From assembly GCF_009914755.1 (NCBI RefSeq), contig NC_060933.1: a stretch of DNA of 64,000 nt; one strand, written 5' to 3'. The translations under genes and the position numbers were made by a program. The stretch is from the human T2T-CHM13v2.0 reference genome, Homo sapiens. Positions within the stretch are counted from its first letter, which is position 1; every line of letters starts with the position of its first letter. Positions 60,236-64,000 of the stretch are shown in pieces. A model generated the notes under the pieces. The model searched no databases. It saw nothing but the letters and a program-made list of their open reading frames with translations, and had not been told where the DNA came from.

Positions 60236-61213
60236 AGAGGAGGGGGTTCCAAGATGGCCAAAAAGGAACAGCTCCAGTCTACAGCTCCCAGTGTGAGTGA
60301 CATAAAAGATGGGTGATTTCTGCATTTCCAACTGAGGTATCAGGTTCATCTCACTGGGGCTTGTTAGACAGTGGGTGCAGCCCACAGAGTGTGAGTCGAA
60401 GCAGGGTGGGGCATTGCCTCACCCAGGAAGCGCAAGGAGTCGGGGAATTCCCTTTCCTAGCCAAGGGAATCCACGACAGACAGTACCTGGAAAATTGGGA
60501 CACTCCCACCCTAATACAGCATTTTTCCAACAGTCTTAGCAAACGGCACACCAGGAGATTATATACCGTGCCTGGCTCAGAGGGTCCCATGCCCACAGAG
60601 CCACACTCACTGCAAGCACAGCAGTCTGAGATCAAACTACAAGGTGGCAGCAAGGCTGGGGGAGGGGCTTCCGCAATTGCTGAGGCTTGAGTAAGTAAAC
60701 AAAGTGCCTGGGAAGCTCAAACTTCGTGGAGCCCACCGCAGCTCAATGAGGTCTGCCTGCCTCTGTAGACTCCACCTCTGGGGGTAGGGCATAGCTGAAC
60801 AAAAGGCAACAGAAACTTCTGCAGACTTAAATATCCCTGTCTGACAGCTTTGAAGAGAGTAGTGCTTCTCCCAGCATGGAGTTGGAGATCTGAGAATGGA
60901 TAGACTGCCTCCTCAAGTGGGTCCCTGACCCCTGAGTAGCCTAACTAGGAGACACCTCCGAGTAGGGGCTGACTGACACCTCATACAACCGGGTGACCCT
61001 CTGAGACAAAGCTTCCAGAGGAAGGATCAGGCAGCAACATTTGCCATTCTGCAATATTTGCTGTTCTGCAGCCTCCACTGGTGATACCCAGGCAAACAGG
61101 ACCTGGAGTGGACCTCCATCAAACTCCAACAGACCTGCAGAAAGGACATCCACACCAAAACCCCATCTGTACGTCACCATCATCAAAGACCAAAGGTAGA
61201 TAAAACCACAAAC

Positions 61214-62236
61214 ATGGAGAGAAACCAGAGCAGAAAAGCTGAAAATTCTAAAAATCAGAGGGCCTCTTCTCCTCCAAAGGAATGCAGCTCCTCACCAGAA
61301 ACAGAACATAGCTGGACAGAGAATGACTTTGACGAGTTGACAGAAGTTGACAGATGATCAGTAATAACAGACTTCTCCTAGCTAAAGGAGGATGTTCAAA
61401 CCCATTGCAAAGAAGATAAAAACCTTGAAAAAAGATTAGTGCAATGGCTAACTAGAATAAACAGCATAGAGAAGACCTTAACTGACCTGATGGAGCTGAA
61501 AACCATGGTACGAGAACTATGTGATGCATGCACAAGCTTCAGTAGCCAATTCGATCAAGTGGAAGAGAGGGTATCAGTGATCGAAAATCAAATGAATGAA
61601 ATGAAGTGAGAAGAGAAGTTTAGAGAAAAAAGAGTAAGAAGAAATGAACAAAGCCTCCAAGAAATATGGGACTATGTGAAATGACCAACTCTATGTCTGA
61701 CTGGTGTACCTGAAAGTAACAGGGAGAATGGAACCAAGTTGGAAAACACTCTGCAGGATATTATCCAGGAGAAATTCCTCAACCTAGCGAGGCAGGCCAA
61801 CATTCAAATTCAGGAAATACAGAGAACACCACAAAGATACTCCTTGAGAAGAGCAACTCCAAGACACATAATTGTCAGATTCACCAAAGTTGAAATGAAG
61901 GAAAAAATATTAAGGGCAGCCAGAGAGAAAGGTCGGGTTACCCAAAAAGGGAAGCCCATCAGACTAACAGCGGATCTCTTGGCAGAAACTCTACAAGCCA
62001 GAAGAGAGTGGGGGCCAATATTCAACATTCTTAAAGAAAAGAATTTTTAAACCAGAATTTCATATCCAGCCAAACGAAGCATCATAAGTGAAGGAGAACT
62101 AATATCCTTTACAGACAAGTAAATGCTGAGAGATTTTGTCACCACCATGCCTGCCTTACAAGAGCTCCTGAAGGAAGCAATAAACATGGAAAGGAACAAC
62201 TGGTACCAGCCACTGCAAAAACATGCCAAATTGTAA
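61214..62236 (+). pseudogene. L1 ORF1, disrupted
   Basis: In-frame stops at 61355, 61379, 61607, 61682, 62048 and 62120. Confidence 0.92.
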
Positions 62237-62299
62237 AGACTGTCAATGCTATGAAGAAACTGCATCAACTACTGGGCAAAATAACGAGCTAACATCATA

Positions 62300-64000
62300 A
62301 TGACAGGATCAAACTCACACATAACAATATTAACCTTAAATGTAAATGGGCTAAATGCTCCAATTAAAAGACACAGACTGGCAAATTCGATAAAGAGCCA
62401 AGACCCGTCACTGTGCTGTATTCAGGAGACCCACCTCACATGCAGAGACACACATAGGCTCAAAATAAAGGGATGGAGGAAGATCTGCCAAGCAAATGGA
62501 AAACAAAAAAAAGCAGGGGTTGCAATCCTAGTCTCTGATAAAACAGACTTTAAACCAAGAAAGATCAAAAGAGACAAAGAAGGCCATTACATGATGGTAA
62601 AGGGATCATTTCAACAAGAAGAGCTAACTATCCTAAATATATATGCACCCAATACAGGAGCACCCAGATTCATAAAACAAGTCCTTAGAGACCTACAAAG
62701 AGACTTAGACTCCCACACAATAATAATGGGAGACTTTAACACCCCACTGTCAACATTAGACAGATCAACGAGACAGAAAGTTAACAAGGATATCCAGGAA
62801 TTGAATTCAGCTCTGCACCAAGCGGACCTAATAGATATCTACAGAACTCTCCAGCCCAAATCAACAGAATATACATTCTTCTCAGCACATCACACTTATT
62901 CCAAAATTGACCACACAGTTGGAAGTAAAGCACTCCTCAGCAAATGTAAAAGAACAGAAATTATAACAAACTGTCTCTCAGACCACAGTGCAATCAAATT
63001 AGAACTCAGGATTAAGAAACTCACTCAAAACCACTCAACTACCTGGAAACTGAACAACCTGCTCCTGAATGACTACTGGGTACATAACAAAATGAAGGCA
63101 GAAATAAAGATGTTCTTTAAAACCAATGAGAACAAAGATACAACATACCAGAATCTCTGGGACACATTTAAAGCAGTGTGTAGAGGGAAATTTATAGCAC
63201 TAAATGCCCACAAGAGAAAGCAGGAAAGATCTAAAATTGACACCCTAACATCACAATTCAAAGAACTAGAGATGCAAGAGCAAACACATTCAAAAGCTAG
63301 CAGAAGGCAAGAAATAATTAAGATCGGAGCAAAACTGAAGGAGATAGACACAAAAAACCTTTCAAAAAAAATCAATGAATCCAGGAGCTGGTTTTCTGAA
63401 AAGATCAACAAAATCGATAGACCACTAGCAAGACTAATAAAGAAGAAAAGAGAGAAGAATCAAATAGATGCAATAAAAAGTGATAAAGGGGAGATCACCA
63501 CCAATCCCACAGAAGTACAAACTACCATCAGAGAATACTATAAACACCTCTACACAAATAAACCAGAAAATCTAGAAGAAATGGATAAATTCCTTGACAC
63601 ATACACCCTCCCAAGACTAAACCAGGAAGAAGTTGAATCCCTGAATAGACCAATAACAGGCTCTGAAATTGAGGCAATAATTAATAGCCCACCAACCAAA
63701 AAAAGTCCAGGACCAGATGGATTCACAGCCGAATTCTACCAGAGGTACAAAGACGAGCTGCTACCATTCCTTCTGAAACTATTCCAATCAAAAGAAAAAG
63801 AGGGAGTCCTCCCTAACTCATTTTATGAGGCCAGCATCATCCTGATACCAAAGCCTGGCAGAGACACAACAAAAAAAGAGAATTTTAGACCAATATCCCT
63901 GATGAACATTGATGCAAAAATCCTTGATAAAATACTGGCAAACCGAATCCAGCACTATATCAAAAAGCTTATCCATCACAATCAAGTTGGCTTCATCCCT
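62300..64000 (+). CDS. L1 ORF2 N-terminal part (endonuclease, Z domain, start of RT), open to window end; no evidence of expression
   Basis: [19 protein letters not shown]...HNQVGFIP, 567 codons with no stop on manual translation; absent from the ORF track, consistent with no stop inside the window. Confidence 0.75.
   Translation, partial: MTGSNSHITILTLNVNGLNAPIKRHRLANSIKSQDPSLCCIQETHLTCRDTHRLKIKGWRKICQANGKQKKAGVAILVSDKTDFKPRKIKRDKEGHYMMVKGSFQQEELTILNIYAPNTGAPRFIKQVLRDLQRDLDSHTIIMGDFNTPLSTLDRSTRQKVNKDIQELNSALHQADLIDIYRTLQPKSTEYTFFSAHHTYSKIDHTVGSKALLSKCKRTEIITNCLSDHSAIKLELRIKKLTQNHSTTWKLNNLLLNDYWVHNKMKAEIKMFFKTNENKDTTYQNLWDTFKAVCRGKFIALNAHKRKQERSKIDTLTSQFKELEMQEQTHSKASRRQEIIKIGAKLKEIDTKNLSKKINESRSWFSEKINKIDRPLARLIKKKREKNQIDAIKSDKGEITTNPTEVQTTIREYYKHLYTNKPENLEEMDKFLDTYTLPRLNQEEVESLNRPITGSEIEAIINSPPTKKSPGPDGFTAEFYQRYKDELLPFLLKLFQSKEKEGVLPNSFYEASIILIPKPGRDTTKKENFRPISLMNIDAKILDKILANRIQHYIKKLIHHNQVGFIP

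Larger units (their letters stand above)
60238..64000 (+). mobile_element. 5'-complete L1PA5/6-like element running past the window end
   Basis: gggggttccaagatggcc (YY1 motif) 5' UTR start, ORF1 at 61214, ORF2 at 62300. Confidence 0.95.

Overview
AT-rich primate genomic DNA, most likely human because it carries an AluYg6-type copy. It is intergenic or intronic, with no recognisable host protein-coding exon, and nearly every listed ORF comes from a transposable element or is noise. The window is a mosaic of L1 (L1PA2 to L1ME), Alu/FLAM, L2, MIR, MaLR (THE1, MLT1), other ERV LTRs (LTR1-type, MER31, MER39, LTR33, MLT2) and Tigger3. Six observations stand out. (1) A 158-bp sense fragment of 28S rRNA domain V sits inside a solo LTR1-type LTR, with no poly(A) or TSD. 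(2) Four local templated duplications/insertions, two with fold-back or iterative copying, all have their donor 0.6-2.7 kb to the right. (3) An L1 3' transduction carries a MER39-type LTR piece cut and polyadenylated at the LTR's own signal. (4) Two L1s are 5'-inverted (twin-primed) with readable TSDs. (5) An L1PA5/6-like element has 6 stops in ORF1 but an ORF2 open for all 567 codons to the window edge, via compensating frameshifts. (6) A young AluYg6-like insertion is present. Subfamily names come from recalled consensus sequences and need Dfam/RepeatMasker confirmation; boundaries of old repeats are approximate.
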